A stretch of DNA of 59,421 nucleotides, counting the filler, from Jimgerdemannia flammicorona (Eukaryota), in assembly GCA_003990765.1 (NCBI GenBank). It is 3 parts of 3 records of this genome, joined end to end, with 100 filler letters (N's around TTAATTAATTAA, not from the genome) between each part and the next. Parts side by side here need not be neighbours in the genome. Positions count along the whole stretch, not along the records: positions 1 to 19,742 come from RBNJ01001861.1; positions 19,843 to 39,583 come from RBNJ01001862.1; 1 more part is not named here. One strand, given 5' to 3'. The notes beneath the pieces are model-generated. The model searched no databases and was not told the origin of the DNA. It saw only the letters and a program-made list of their open reading frames with translations. Shown piece after piece: positions 13,480 to 25,591 of this stretch; within the stretch, counting starts at the first letter, position 1, and each line of letters begins with the position of its first letter. A program made the translations under genes and the position numbers.

Positions 13480-13890
13480 TACTCCCAAGATTAAGAAGTT
13501 TTACCCTGAAGTCAAGATCTCAGAATATAAGACTGAAGGAGCTATAGAAATAGACCTTGCCAGCATTCAAGATGCTATCTTTGAACCACAGACCACCACT
13601 CTACTTGGCACTGGAATTGGAGTTAAGTTACCAGAAAACTATCAAGACCAGGAGCAGTCTGACCAAAAGTGAAATCTCAGTTAAAGGAGGAGTAATTGAC
13701 CCTGATTATACTGGCAAGATCTTCCTTATAGTCAGGAATCACAACTCTACCACCCTATTTAGAGTCAAGAAGTATGATAGGATTGGCTAGATGCTGATCC
13801 ATGAAGTCAAGAAGCCCAAGATCACTGAAGCCATTGAACTTATCAAGATTAAGAGAGAAGAACAAGGCTTTGGATCTACTGGAAGAGGAG
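13480..13890 (+). pseudogene. dut: Gypsy-2 dUTPase domain between protease and RT
   Basis: GAIEIDL, KTRSSL, GGVIDPDYTGKI, DRIG*M and REEQGFGSTG match trimeric dUTPase motifs I-V. Confidence 0.9.
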
Positions 13891-14881
13891 CCTATACTGC
13901 TATCAAGATTACTGAACTTGAGTACAAGAAAGACAAGAACCAGAATAAGTATACATATATTATTAGAGAAAACTTTCCTCTACAAAAACAACTTCTCAAG
14001 ATCTTGCACCAAAATGAAGAAGTACTTGCTACAGACTTCAGGGATATCCACAATCAAGAACCCAAGTACTATCATAAAGTTTGCCACTGACAATACCAAG
14101 CCCATCTATCAGAAAGCTAGATCCAAACTACCTGCCTACAGAGAATGGCTGTGGGCAGAACTCAAGAAAATGAAAGAAGCTGGAATCATCAAGCAAGCTA
14201 TCAGCCCCTGGGCTTCACTTATTATCCTCACTCTAAAGAAAGAAGGCAAGCCTGGAGAGTTTACCCCAAAACTCTATATTTATTACAGAAAGCTCAATGC
14301 AATTACCAAGAAGGATAGGCAGCTCTTACCAAATATTTAAGAAATTCTTACTACTCTTAGAAGTGAAGCCAAATACTACACTATGTTGGATCTGTTCTCA
14401 GGCTTCTATTAGATTGGTCTCACTCAAGATACTAGTGAGAAATCAGTCTTTATTACACCTGATGCTACATATGTCTATCTGTGAATATTATTTGAAATAT
14501 ATATACCCCAGTAAGTTTTCAGTGAATAATAAATAGAGACTTCAGTAATGAGATTGGAAAATGGCTCTTTGTCTATATTGATGATGTGATCATCTTCAGC
14601 AACACTATATGGGAATATATCAACTATATACAGCTGGCTCTCAAGAAGCTAAAGTAGCATGGCCTCTATATCAAGCCCAAGAAGTATAAGTTTATAGCTC
14701 AGGAAATCACCTACCTAGGACATATCATCAACCAGAGTGAAATTCACACAGACTCTATGAAGATTGAGGCTGTTATAGCCTATCTAAGATCCAGAACAAC
14801 TATAGAAGTCTATGTCTTCCTTAGACTGGCCTCCTACTATAGAAGATTCATCAAAGGATACTCTAACATTATAGTACCTAT

Positions 14882-16369
14882 TGTTACATAGTGGTCACTG
14901 AGTCCTTCAAATATACCAGATTCTCTTTAAGGTGTATCTCTTAGACTAACTTAAGTTTGTTATAAGCAAGTTCTTATTGGAGTGCCTTCCCAAGATCTTA
15001 TAGTCCTCAAACTTCTTATCTTTAACTGTCTTATTATCTCTTAGATTGCTTGCAAGGAAGTGTGTATAAATGAAACCAGAACTGACTTTATTTCAGAGGA
15101 AATAAGAGGGGTATTTATACAAAATATAATTCAATAGTTGCTAAGATATAAAGCTAAATATAAATTCCAATAACTAAAACTACTAAGTTCCAGGGTTGGC
15201 ACTGATGGTTGTACAGATTCAGGATGTTGGTATAATTCAGTATCACATCAGAATACCTGTGCTGGAATAATTTTGCATCACCTCAGAATGCCAGTGCTGG
15301 TATTATTCAGTGTAATAAAGAACTTAGAGCAGAAAGTTCAGGATCATGGGGGCTTCATCCTCATCATCAGAAGTCAGGATGTCTTTGAAGGAGATGAGGT
15401 CTGTGAATTCATCATTTTTGTATATTTCGATGTCACATAGGATACTGTCATCGCCGATGACATCATCACATTCAGTAGAGAAATTGGGGGCTCTCCAATC
15501 TATGAGGTTCTCTTCCACAAAATAAGGAACAAATGTGGGGTCTTGGGGAGGTCTAACCTGGATGCTTGGGCCTTGGAATACTGAGATCAATCCTTGCAGG
15601 AATTGGTCTGGGTTGTCCTGAAAGATGGGATGCCAGAAGTCTTTTACTTCATCACTATTGAGGGTGATAGTGGACTGGGCTTCTGTAACCACCCTGGCTT
15701 CTAGTGCATTGATATGGCAGGATGACAGGTCTCTGAAGTCTGAGACTCTAACATACTCCAAGTTGGGGATTGACCATGGTGTATGCCTGAAGATCTGATG
15801 GATCTTCTTAGCTGTTCTTGTCTCAAATATATCCTTGGGAGTGGCATCTTGTAGCTCTTGAGGGCTAGCCTGTGGGAACTCCTGGCAGAGGAGGTTTGCT
15901 ATTTCATACTCCTGCTATATTTGGAGGTATTCAGTAGCAATAGTAATCCTTGTTTCCATTTCACAGCAGTAGAGGATAAAGTGATAGGGATCTGCAGTAC
16001 CCAGGTTAACACTAGGAGTCCTTCTTGAGTGGGTTCTCATGGCTCTTCTGATGTCTTGGAACATCCTTTCCTTGACTGAGATACCTTGGTAATTCCTTAA
16101 CCTTGAGGTTTGGCAGGCAGCAGGCATTTTATTTGTGGTAAGTCTTTGAGCTATTTTGGGATTGGTGGTTCTTGTTGGTTACTGCTACTGCAGTTCCTTG
16201 ATCCTTCTTTTATATTCTTCAGGATGCTTATACTGTGGTCACAATGACTCACAGTTGGTCATCATTACTCATCTCATATGTTGTATGATCTCCTTGTGCT
16301 CCAATCTGGTGGCTTGTGAGGAAAGGCTGTCTCTTGTGCTGATGTCATCATTCTGAGGTCACCGTTATA
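14882..16369 (-). mobile_element. Solo LTR (1488 bp) of a Gypsy-2-related subfamily, inserted antisense at the RT/RNase H junction of Gypsy-2, with 4-bp TSD CTAT
   Basis: Termini TGTTACA...GTTATA (decayed TG...CA), with CTAT at 14878-14881 and 16370-16373. Host pol (NIVAPIYKLLKK) resumes on the right. Confidence 0.9.
15324..16127 (-). pseudogene. LTR-encoded accessory ORF of unknown function, best-preserved copy (267 codons, one internal TAG)
   Basis: ORF-track pieces 15915-16127 and 15324-15761 are in the same frame, and the intervening codons are open (QEYEIANLLCQEFPQASPQELQDATPKDIFETRTAKKIHQIFRHTPWSIPN). The single stop is TGG in both other copies. Confidence 0.8.
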
Positions 16370-18470
16370 CTATCTATAAGCTACTGAACTACAACATTGT
16401 AGCACCTATCTATAAGCTACTGAAGAAGGAGACTAAATTCAAATAGACCAAAAAACATCAAGAAACCTTCAATGAACTCAAGATCAGATTGACCCAAGCA
16501 CCAATCCTCAGAAGACCAGATTGGAATCTAGAGTTCATCTTACAGACAGATATAACTACTATAGGACTTAGAGTAGTCCTAGCTTAGAAGAAAGATAGAT
16601 ATAAATATATTATCTCCTATATAAGCCAAGGTAATCATGAAGTAGAACAGAACTACTAGTCATGTAAGCTTGAATGTTAAGCAGTAGTTTGGGCAGTAGA
16701 CAAATTCTACTACTACCTAGCTAAAAAATACTTCACTATTCAAACAGACCATTCTGCTCTTGCCTAACTATTCTACACTCTGAACTCCAAAGAAATATAT
16801 GCTAGATGGAATTACAGACTATAAAAGTATGACTGTACTATCAAGTACCACTCAGGAAGAACTAATACCAATGCTGATATACTCTCAAGTACACCCCAAA
16901 ATACCCTCATCAAGACTATTCAACATGAATAAGGAGCTATACTATATATTAATCAGCTATCTTAGGCAGCAGAAGATGCCCAACTATCTTGAACTCTGGA
17001 CTATTACCATTATCAATCAGACTTGGAAACAATTTAAACTAGTCAATACTATACTCAGAAAAGAAGGAAAGCTCATAATACCTGAATATAAGAAGTATTA
17101 AGTAATGAAGGAAGTATATGAATAAGGATAGCTAGGAGGAACCAACATATATAACAAAGCAAAAAGAACCATGTTGTGGCCTAAGATGGAAGAAAACCTA
17201 CACCAATATGTTAAAGAGTATAATAAGTGTCAAAACCAGAAATAAGATCAATAAGATCAGGCATCTGGGTCATCAAAAATTGAGCCTATTTCCTTCCACC
17301 ACATTGTAATAAATATCATTAGACCACTACCAGTAACAGTATCGAGAAACTGCTATATTATAGTTATCATAGACCTCTTTACTAAATAAATAGAAGCAGG
17401 AGTATTACAAGAAGCCAATACTCTCTCTATAGCCAACTTTCTGTACTGAGAAATCATCTGTCACTACAAGACACTAAGGCAAATCACCACAGACTACAGC
17501 ACAGAATATTTCAATGGATTCTACAAGATAATATATTAGAAATACAAGATTTAGCATATCAAAAGCACTACATACCACTCTTAAGAAAATGAACAGACAG
17601 AAAGAACCAACAAGACCCTCAAGAATATCCTAGTGAAGATCTCAGATATATAACAATTGGGATAACTACCTCCCAACTATCCTCTCTATCCTACAAGATA
17701 TATAGTCACAGAGTATACACTTTACCTCAAGAGAACTGCTCTTTGGAGAAGAAGATTCTAATGGAACCTCAGCTACAAATCTAGATCTAACTTAGAGATA
17801 GATTGACTCAGAAATCTGGAGACTACACCAAATCAGGAAGAAAGCTGAAGATTACATTATTAAGTCATAAGCACTGATAAGGAAGAATGCAGAAAGAATC
17901 ACAAGACCCTAAAACCCATCCAAATCAGAGAAAAGGTTCTACTGTATCAAAATATGGTAGAAGTCTCATGGTTATGAAAACTGGATCCCAAATAGGAAGG
18001 ATCCTTCTATATATAAGATATCAAGAGAACTATCTTCTGTCTTAGAAAACTCTCAGAGACCATACTGCTTACTTTGATATATAGAAACAGACTCAAGAAG
18101 TACCATGAACCTATACAAGAGAAGTAAAACATAATGACTACCCATAAGGTTCTAGTTTACAAATCATAACAGTATGTCCTATAACTAGTAGGCACTCTGT
18201 CTGGACTATTTTTTAAGTGATATGGTATTAACAACTACTTATTTGTAAGACTTTTGAAGCCAGAGAAGTTCAAACCATCAACTAATTGATCAAGATCAGA
18301 ATCAGGCCCTTGTTCTATATAAAGAGAGTAATTCTTAACTATTATGCCAAAATATATAAAGAAAATACCAGCTCATAAATACCACTTTTCAACTCCCTAC
18401 CAGAGGTTATGGGATCAGCAAATTTTCAGACTGAATCAATAAATAAGGACATTCAAGAGAAGATCTTTAT

Positions 18471-18482
18471 TTAGGAGGAAGA
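18471..18482 (+). promoter_or_regulatory. Polypurine tract of Gypsy-2
   Basis: TTAGGAGGAAGA directly before TGTAATAG, the start of the 3' LTR. Confidence 0.75.
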
Positions 18483-19742
18483 TGTAATAGTAATCTTAGA
18501 ATGATAACATCATTATAGGAGACAGTCTTTCCTTATAAGCCACCAGATCAGAGTAAAAGAAGATCATATAGCATGACTCACCTAGGCTATAAGATGAGCA
18601 ATGATGACTAATTATATGTCATCATGACTACAAGATAGATATCTTAAGGAATATAAAAGAAGGATCAAGAAACCACAGTAGCAGCAATCCAAATAAGGTT
18701 TACAGAAATAGTTCAAATGACTTATTATAAATAAATGTCTGCTACTCATCTAACCTCAAGGTCTAGAAACCACCAAGGTCTCTCAGTCTAGAAAAGGATA
18801 TTCTAAGACATCAGAAGAGCTATAAGGACCTACTTCTAGTCTCAACCTGGGTACTGGTGACCCTTATCATTATATTCTCTATTGCTGTGAAATGGAAACA
18901 AGAATTACTATCACTACTGAATACCTCTGGATATGGCAGAAAAACGAAATAGAAAATATCCTCTACTGGGAATTCCCTCAGGCCAGTCCCCAAGAAATAT
19001 AAGATACCACTTCCATAGATGTATATAAAATAAGGACAGCTAAGAAGATTCATCATGTCTTTAGACATACATCATAATCAATCTCCAACTTGGAGTACAT
19101 CAGAGTCTCAGACTTTAAGAAACTGTTAGCTCACTATACAAATGTACTGGAGGCTATGGTGGCCACAGAAATCCAATCCACCATCACCCTCAATAGTGAT
19201 AAAGTAGGTGAGTTCTGGAATTCCATCCTTGAGAACAATTCTGATCAATTTCTGCAAGGATTGATCATTTCAAGGCCCCAGCATTCAGGTTAGACCTCTC
19301 CAAGACTCTATATTTGTTCTTTATTTTGTAGAAGAGAATGAGAGCTCTGGATCTTCTTGCTTTCTCTACTACTGAACATGATGATACATATCATTAGTAA
19401 TGATGTCATTAGTGATGATATCATCTTATATGATATATGCAAAACATGTAAAATGAATAAAACATTCACAGATCTCATTTCCTTCAAGGATATCCTGACC
19501 TCTGGCAGTAATGAAGATGAAGTCTTCATGGTTCTGAACATTTTGCTCTAAGTTCTTATTAACACTAAAATCTTCTGGTATCCTTTTTCTATATAACTGA
19601 ATTCTACTAGTATCTTTTTTCTATAATATCTGAATCTTTGGACATCTTTCCTATACCACTGAAACCTACTAATATTCTTAACTTGTATAACTATTTGTAC
19701 AGATACTTGAATTTGTACTTATAATAATAGTTTTTTTTTTTT
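18483..19742 (+). repeat. Gypsy-2 3' LTR (truncated), including a decayed accessory-ORF copy at 18735-19551
   Basis: Aligns with the 5' LTR. ORF pieces 19090-19293 and 19357-19551 match the solo-LTR ORF. Confidence 0.88.
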
Positions 19743-19842
19743 NNNNNNNNNNNNNNNNNNNNNNNNNNNNNNNNNNNNNNNNNNNNTTAATTAATTAANN
19801 NNNNNNNNNNNNNNNNNNNNNNNNNNNNNNNNNNNNNNNNNN
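19743..19842. other. Artificial contig linker (N44-TTAATTAATTAA-N44)
   Basis: Exactly 100 bp with a six-frame stop spacer, identical to 39584-39683. Confidence 0.98.
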
Positions 19843-22800
19843 TACTTGGACTGCCCTTTATTACCAAAGTCTATAATGTATACAATACAATGACACCCCT
19901 GTCCTCAACCAATGCCTCGGGGGCCCAAGCCCTCTCTCTCATCCTCCCCCTGCCCGAGCACCACCCAATTACCCACTACCCAAACCCTCCCACCACTCTT
20001 CTGGGTGATATGCCGACCAGACCCCTGCGGAACCCCCCACCCATCCCCCAACCCCGCCACCAACTATTCAAAATATCCAACATCAACCATTCCCACCTAG
20101 CCATCTTGTCACCAACTCTGACCTGTCACCCTTCCTCAAAGACATAAACCCAGTGCCCTGCCAGCCCCACCTACATAGCCAAAGCCCAACTAAGTGTCAG
20201 CCACTCGTCCCTAACTCCACCCACCAGACACCAGCGGAGCTCTCCCCACCTCCCCCCTTCCTCTCCCACCCTGGCCCCCAGCTCAACCCTGTCCTTAATA
20301 CCTCTCCAAAACTCCCCCAAGACCTCGCATTCACCAAGCCAATGTTCAGGCATTTGTATCACTCCTCCCTCCTGACCAACATTGAAGCAATCCTCGCACT
20401 CGAATATCCCACCATCCACCAAGTGTCCTGATCGATAGTTCAACATCACATTCCACCATAGGACCCACCACCACACTACCCAGAACTTGGGGGGCAGCCA
20501 CTGCTGCACCCATTTGCTCCAAAGCCAGAGTCCATTCCAATCCCACTCCTCCCCAATTCCAACCCTCTGCCAGGCTTCTGGCTACAGGTCCCTGCCGAGG
20601 CCCTACAGACACTCCAGACCTTTGCCAAGCTGAAAGTCCTCCACCAGGACCCCACCCAATAGAAGCCTGTCCCACTGCCACATCCGTGGTCCCCAATCCT
20701 CCTCGGCTTCCTCACCTCGCCACTGAAGTTCAATCTTCTTAGTACCATCCACCACCCCCTACCAAAAGCCTGTAAATCACATCTTCCTGCTCCCTTCCAT
20801 AGCCACCATCGCAAGTAGATCTCCAGAGCCACCATGTGGGGAGTACTGAACCTCCCACAACCTCTGCATGAGGGGCACCCACTCCCACCCCCTGAGCTCA
20901 CTCGCCCTCCGCAGCCACCAGGCTCTCAGACATAGAAGTCGCTTAGTAAAGTCCACTAAGCCCAGCCCACCTCTTTCCAGGGGCAGTGTGAGTACCTCCC
21001 AACCAACCTGGCTTCGCTGTCCTCCTCAGATCCACGACCTCACCATCTTCAACAACTCCTTAACCACCCAGGTAGGAAAATTCAGATGATATCCAACATA
21101 CCACAGCTTCGGTATCTAGTACACATTCAACACCATCACCCTTCCGGCAAGGGACATATGCCGGCCTCTCCATCTCAGCAAAACATTACCCCACTCCAGA
21201 AGTTTACAGTCCCACTATGCTCGGGGAAGAAGAGATCTGAACACTGAGAAGTAAATCCCCAAGTAGTGCACTGGTTCACCTGCCAGCACCACCATCTCAA
21301 TAACCTTGCCACCAACAATTCCGGTGCCCAACACCAGCATCTCGCATTTGTGCCAGTTAAGTTTAGCACTAGAACCCTGCTCATACCATTCCACAGTCCT
21401 CTGTAACTCTCCCACATCTCCCAAGGAGCCCAGCCCAACCACCATATCATCAGCAAAGGCCCCCACCTTCCAGTTTACCCCTAAAACATCCAAGTCTCCA
21501 ATCTTATGCCGAATCCTGTCCAGTAGTGGCTCCAGGGAAAGAGTATACAATATGGGTGACAAAGGGTCCCCTTGTGGAACCCTGCATCCCAGGAGAAAGG
21601 TCACCCCCTGGTGGTCATTGATGACCAATGCTACCTGACTGTCCTCCAAGAGGCTGATTAATGCTCTTTGGACCCCTGGCGGAATGCCAATCTGCTTCAG
21701 CACTCCTTCCAGCCATAATCTCCACACTCTATCATAAGCCTTCTCTTGGTCCAGAAACACTAATCTGCCATCCACCTCTGTAGCCTGAGCACCTTCAATC
21801 ACTTTATAAACCCAGGCCGTCCCATCTCGAATCAACCGACCACCAACAAACCCACATTGCTCCACACCAAGAACCTGCTGGGTGATGCCCTGCAACCTCA
21901 TCACCAAGATTTTCATCACCAATTTGTGGTCTATATCAAGAAGCATAATCAGCCGCCAGTTCTTCCAGTCCTCACACCTCCCCTTGTCCTTAAAGAGCAA
22001 AGAGACCAGCCCTAAGTGCTGTCCCCCAATCCAGGCACCAGACCGAAGAACTCTATCACACATAGCAGTCATTTCCTCTAGTACCATACCCACCCCAGCC
22101 ATCTTCTGCCAAAAATCCCAGGGAAGTCCATTCTCTCCCAGAGCTGTCCCCTTACTCGTTAAGGCCACAACCCTGCAAATCTCCTCACCACTCACCAGGT
22201 CCCCTAATACTCCAAGTCCTATCACAGGTTCTGGGTGCCAATCCCCCAGCTGTCTTTCAATGTTCAGGGCATCCAATCTCCCATCCTCCTCACTTCAAAG
22301 ATTCCCCCACTGGGTTCGCAGTAGGTCCAGAATTGCCAGCATCCCCACTACCAGCTTGCCATTCTCATCCAAAACTCCCTCCCACTGCTGCCTCATATGT
22401 CATACTTGTAACAACTGTGACAAGAATCTGGTAGGCCTCTCCCCCTCCTCAAGTCCCTGCCACCACAGGCAGGCCACCATTCCCTGCAACTGCTCCTCCT
22501 CCTCCTTGCATAGTACCCCTTTGAGCTCCTCCACCTCCTGCCATATTCTCGCAATATGCCAATCAGTCACAGCCCCATCCTCCAGCACACCTGCCCATCT
22601 TTTTATGAGTGCTGCTAGACGCCGCAAGGCCTACAGCACCCGCCACCTTTGCTGGGCACACTTTCCTTTCCCTGCCTCCCTCCAATACTCCTGAGCCTTT
22701 ACCTTTAGCCTTCTCCAGTAGTCCCCAATTTCCAGTCCTAGTTCCCACCACCTGCCTATATTTCCAACCACCTCTGATTCCCATCTCTCCCACAATACCC

Positions 22801-25591
22801 TATCCTCCAATAGGGAAGAATTCAGTTACCAATGTCCAGGCCCATCCTCATTTCCCCCAAACCTCCCCCCTCTGAGCAGCCCTCAGTGATCAGACCATGG
22901 ACACCATATGACTTCCAGTACTGACCAGATATCTGTCCCCCAACACTCCACCATTAGAACCCAGTCAATTCTAGATCCCAGTCCTGCCACCCAGTGGGTG
23001 TACATCCGCCAATTAGCCCAAAAAAGTCTTCCTGAGTCTACTAGAGAACACAACCTCTCCATCTCCAACCAGTCACCCAATCCACCACTTTCACCCTGCA
23101 TGCCTCTCCCTCCATCAGTTCTGTCCAACTCCTTATCCCATACCATGTTGAAGTCACCCCCCATACAGTCTAACCCAACTTCTCCCAACACACCAGCCTC
23201 CTTCAATCCTCGGATCCATTCCACCCTCTCCCCTCTCTCAGCTGGGCAGTAACAGGACCCGACCATCAGCGGGCCCCATCCAGGCCTCTTCCACACTCCC
23301 CACACCACTCAAGACCCCCAATGTCCAATGTTCCCAATGTCCCCCATCCCTTTCCGAATGAGAATACACACTTTCCCCCTCCAAACTGCCATGCTCCCCC
23401 ATTCCCTAGTCTAATTCTGCAAGTCCACATCTACCTCATACTGAACATCCTGTAACAAGAAGAGGTCCGCATCCAGTCCCTTAAGCCATCCAAATATATA
23501 CTTCCTCCTAGCTGCTCCCCACAATCCATTAACGTTCAGTGAGAATATCCTAGTTGTACTGTTCATATTGGAATAATGTTGTAAAAGAGACCCAGCCTAG
23601 AATTCCATGCTCATCCCATCCCCAGCCAGATCTAAGTGCCATTCAGCTTCCAAGTCCCCCTCTGCAATATCCTATTCCTCCAGTGCCCCCAAGAGTTCCT
23701 GGCAATCCGCCCTGTCCACCTCCTCTATATCTGCCCTATAGTCCAAGCAAACAGCATGCCACTTCTCCAGTCCCTTCCTCAAATTCCACAAGAACAATGC
23801 TCTGTCGCTCGCAATCCTCCTAAGTTCCTCCTCCCACTGATCATCAACCTGATACTCCAACAACTCTAGGAGGACTGCCAGGATCTCATTCCTCATCTTT
23901 CTCGGCACCTCCTCCCCCCTAAGGATCTCCTCCCAGTGTCTTTCTTCCATCACCCTGAAATCCTCACCCCCCAACTCTTCAGCCGCAACCCCTTCCAGAG
24001 TCTTCTACATCCACTTCTTCTTATCTACTGCCTCTGCTGCACCCCGGGCAATTTGTCCCCCATCCACCTCAGGGTCCACCAGCACACTCCTCCTTACAGA
24101 CTCATCCCACTCCTCATCCGGCACATCCAGCAACTCCTCCTCTCTCTCACCTCCAACCGGGACACTATATGTAGGGTGCACACCCTCGCCCATTTTGGCA
24201 TCTGCCTCCAAGTTGCCCACTCTCTCTTCCCCTACTCCAATCTGAGCTGCACTCTATACCAATCCTCCCCCTTTAGCCCAGGTGCTCTCTCTCAACCCTG
24301 CACCTCTCTCCCCTGAGCTACCACTAGCCCTACCCATATCCAACGTCACCAGCAGCTCCTTCTGGATACACCTACCCTGCAACTTCTCCCAGGCTCCTTT
24401 TTCCATCCGGACTCTCTTCTCCTCGACCTCCCCCACTACTGTTCTGGTCTCAAACTCCTTCCAGGCCAATTTCCTCCTTGCCACTGCTCCTTCCAGATCC
24501 TCCAAGGCCTCCAATAGGTCCTCCTCCTCCTCTGGGGTCCCCTTCACCCTCATGACCTTGCACTCCACAGGTCCCCACCTCAGCACTGCTGACCAGTCCC
24601 TCGGCTTCCCTGTATTCTCCTTTCCAGCCAGCCGCACCCTGACATTGACATCACCAGTCCTTAGCTCCATGCCCTCTCAGACCTTGAACCCAACATCTAC
24701 AATCTCGCCATACTCCTTGATCACCTCTACAACCAATTCCCTGGTCCTCTCCTTCGACATGGTAGGGAGGTCCAACACCATCAACTGTACCACTCGGGGG
24801 TCCCAGTACATGCACCAGGCCATAGGGACCACAACTCTGCCAACTGTCACCCCCTTCTCCATGGCTGCCAACAAGGCATCTTCCTCCTCAAACCCTACCT
24901 CAATCCCTTCTTTTTCCCTCAGAAACTTCACTGACGCAGCCCCCTTAGCCTCCTGCACCACAAGCCCCAAGATCATCCTCGCTGTCACTACCAAGCCCCG
25001 GAAGTACATCGTGACTGCAAATTCTGACCATGATTTCTTGAGTAATGGGCCAACACCATCCATCACACCATCCGCCAGGTCCCCAGGCCTCGTGCCCACT
25101 CCTCGACCCAAATCTCTAATTGCCATCACATCTGGATTTTTTGCCAGATCCTCAGTCATAACCTCATCAGCAGTCACATCTCCAGCCCCTACTCCCGCTC
25201 CTCCCCTGTCACCAGAGACACCCCTGGGTACACCTCCCAGGCCCCCAGCAGCCGCCATCGACACCTTCCCCAAGCCCAGCCAACCATCCAAGCCTGAGGC
25301 CATCTTCCTTATCCTGACCTTATCAGTAAAGGTCGACCTCTCCCCACCTTGTTGTCTCAGCCTGCCTCTCCCTCCACCGCTGGGACCCTGGCTAGCCATC
25401 GAGGCACCCGGCATCCCCAAACCATCTCCCCTCCTCCCCACCTGCTGCCAGTCAAAGGCACCAGTACTCCCCTGGCCAGTATGCTCACCATTTTGATCAT
25501 TGCCATCCATGTTGAAAGTCGCTGAACACCAAAAACATTGTGAAAAGTATTGTCGAAGTCTTGTGTCACCTGAATGTTACCGGTGAAAGGT
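19843..25591 (-). mobile_element. LINE-B: essentially full-length L1/Tx1-like LINE of a second subfamily (ORF1 25510-23597, ORF2 23566 to ~19845), decayed
   Basis: APE, RT and Cys/His motifs as in LINE-A. The 3' end AATAAAGGGCAGTCCAAGT lies at the contig edge, and the 5' UTR matches LINE-C up to ACCTTTCACC. Confidence 0.93.

Larger units (their letters stand above)
9757..19742 (+). mobile_element. Gypsy-2 (family II): near full-length LTR-gag-PR-dUTPase-RT-RH-IN-PPT-LTR with long ORF-containing LTRs; 3' LTR cut by the contig end
   Basis: Gag 11534-11920, degenerate knuckle YFRYGEEGHYTKSC (~12195), PR AIIDTSA (~12854), dUTPase, RT SPWAS/YRKLN/VYIDDVIIFS (~14571), RH FILQTD (~16534), IN core (~17300-17650) and a GPF-like tail (~17990). 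The LTRs are paired. Confidence 0.92.

Noticed and set aside
16370..16430. ~36-bp duplication beside the solo LTR, considered as a long TSD
   Set aside because: The LTR sits inside the first copy with its own 4-bp CTAT TSD, so the longer repeat is a separate local tandem duplication of pol.
19787..19798. Palindromic TTAATTAATTAA within N runs (also 39628-39639)
   Set aside because: It is a standard six-frame-stop concatenation spacer, not biology.
19731..19870. Poly(T), gap and LINE-B 3' end look like one continuous LINE tail
   Set aside because: The linker is artificial and the contigs appear size-sorted (19742/19741/19738 bp). There is no TSD and the flanks belong to different Gypsy families, so adjacency is not supported.
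24282..25496. Long Pro/Ser/Thr-rich antisense ORFs (also 54448-55341, 57772-58545, 21882-22694, 803-1429)
   Set aside because: Shadow frames of the G-rich LINE strand, with no independent motifs.
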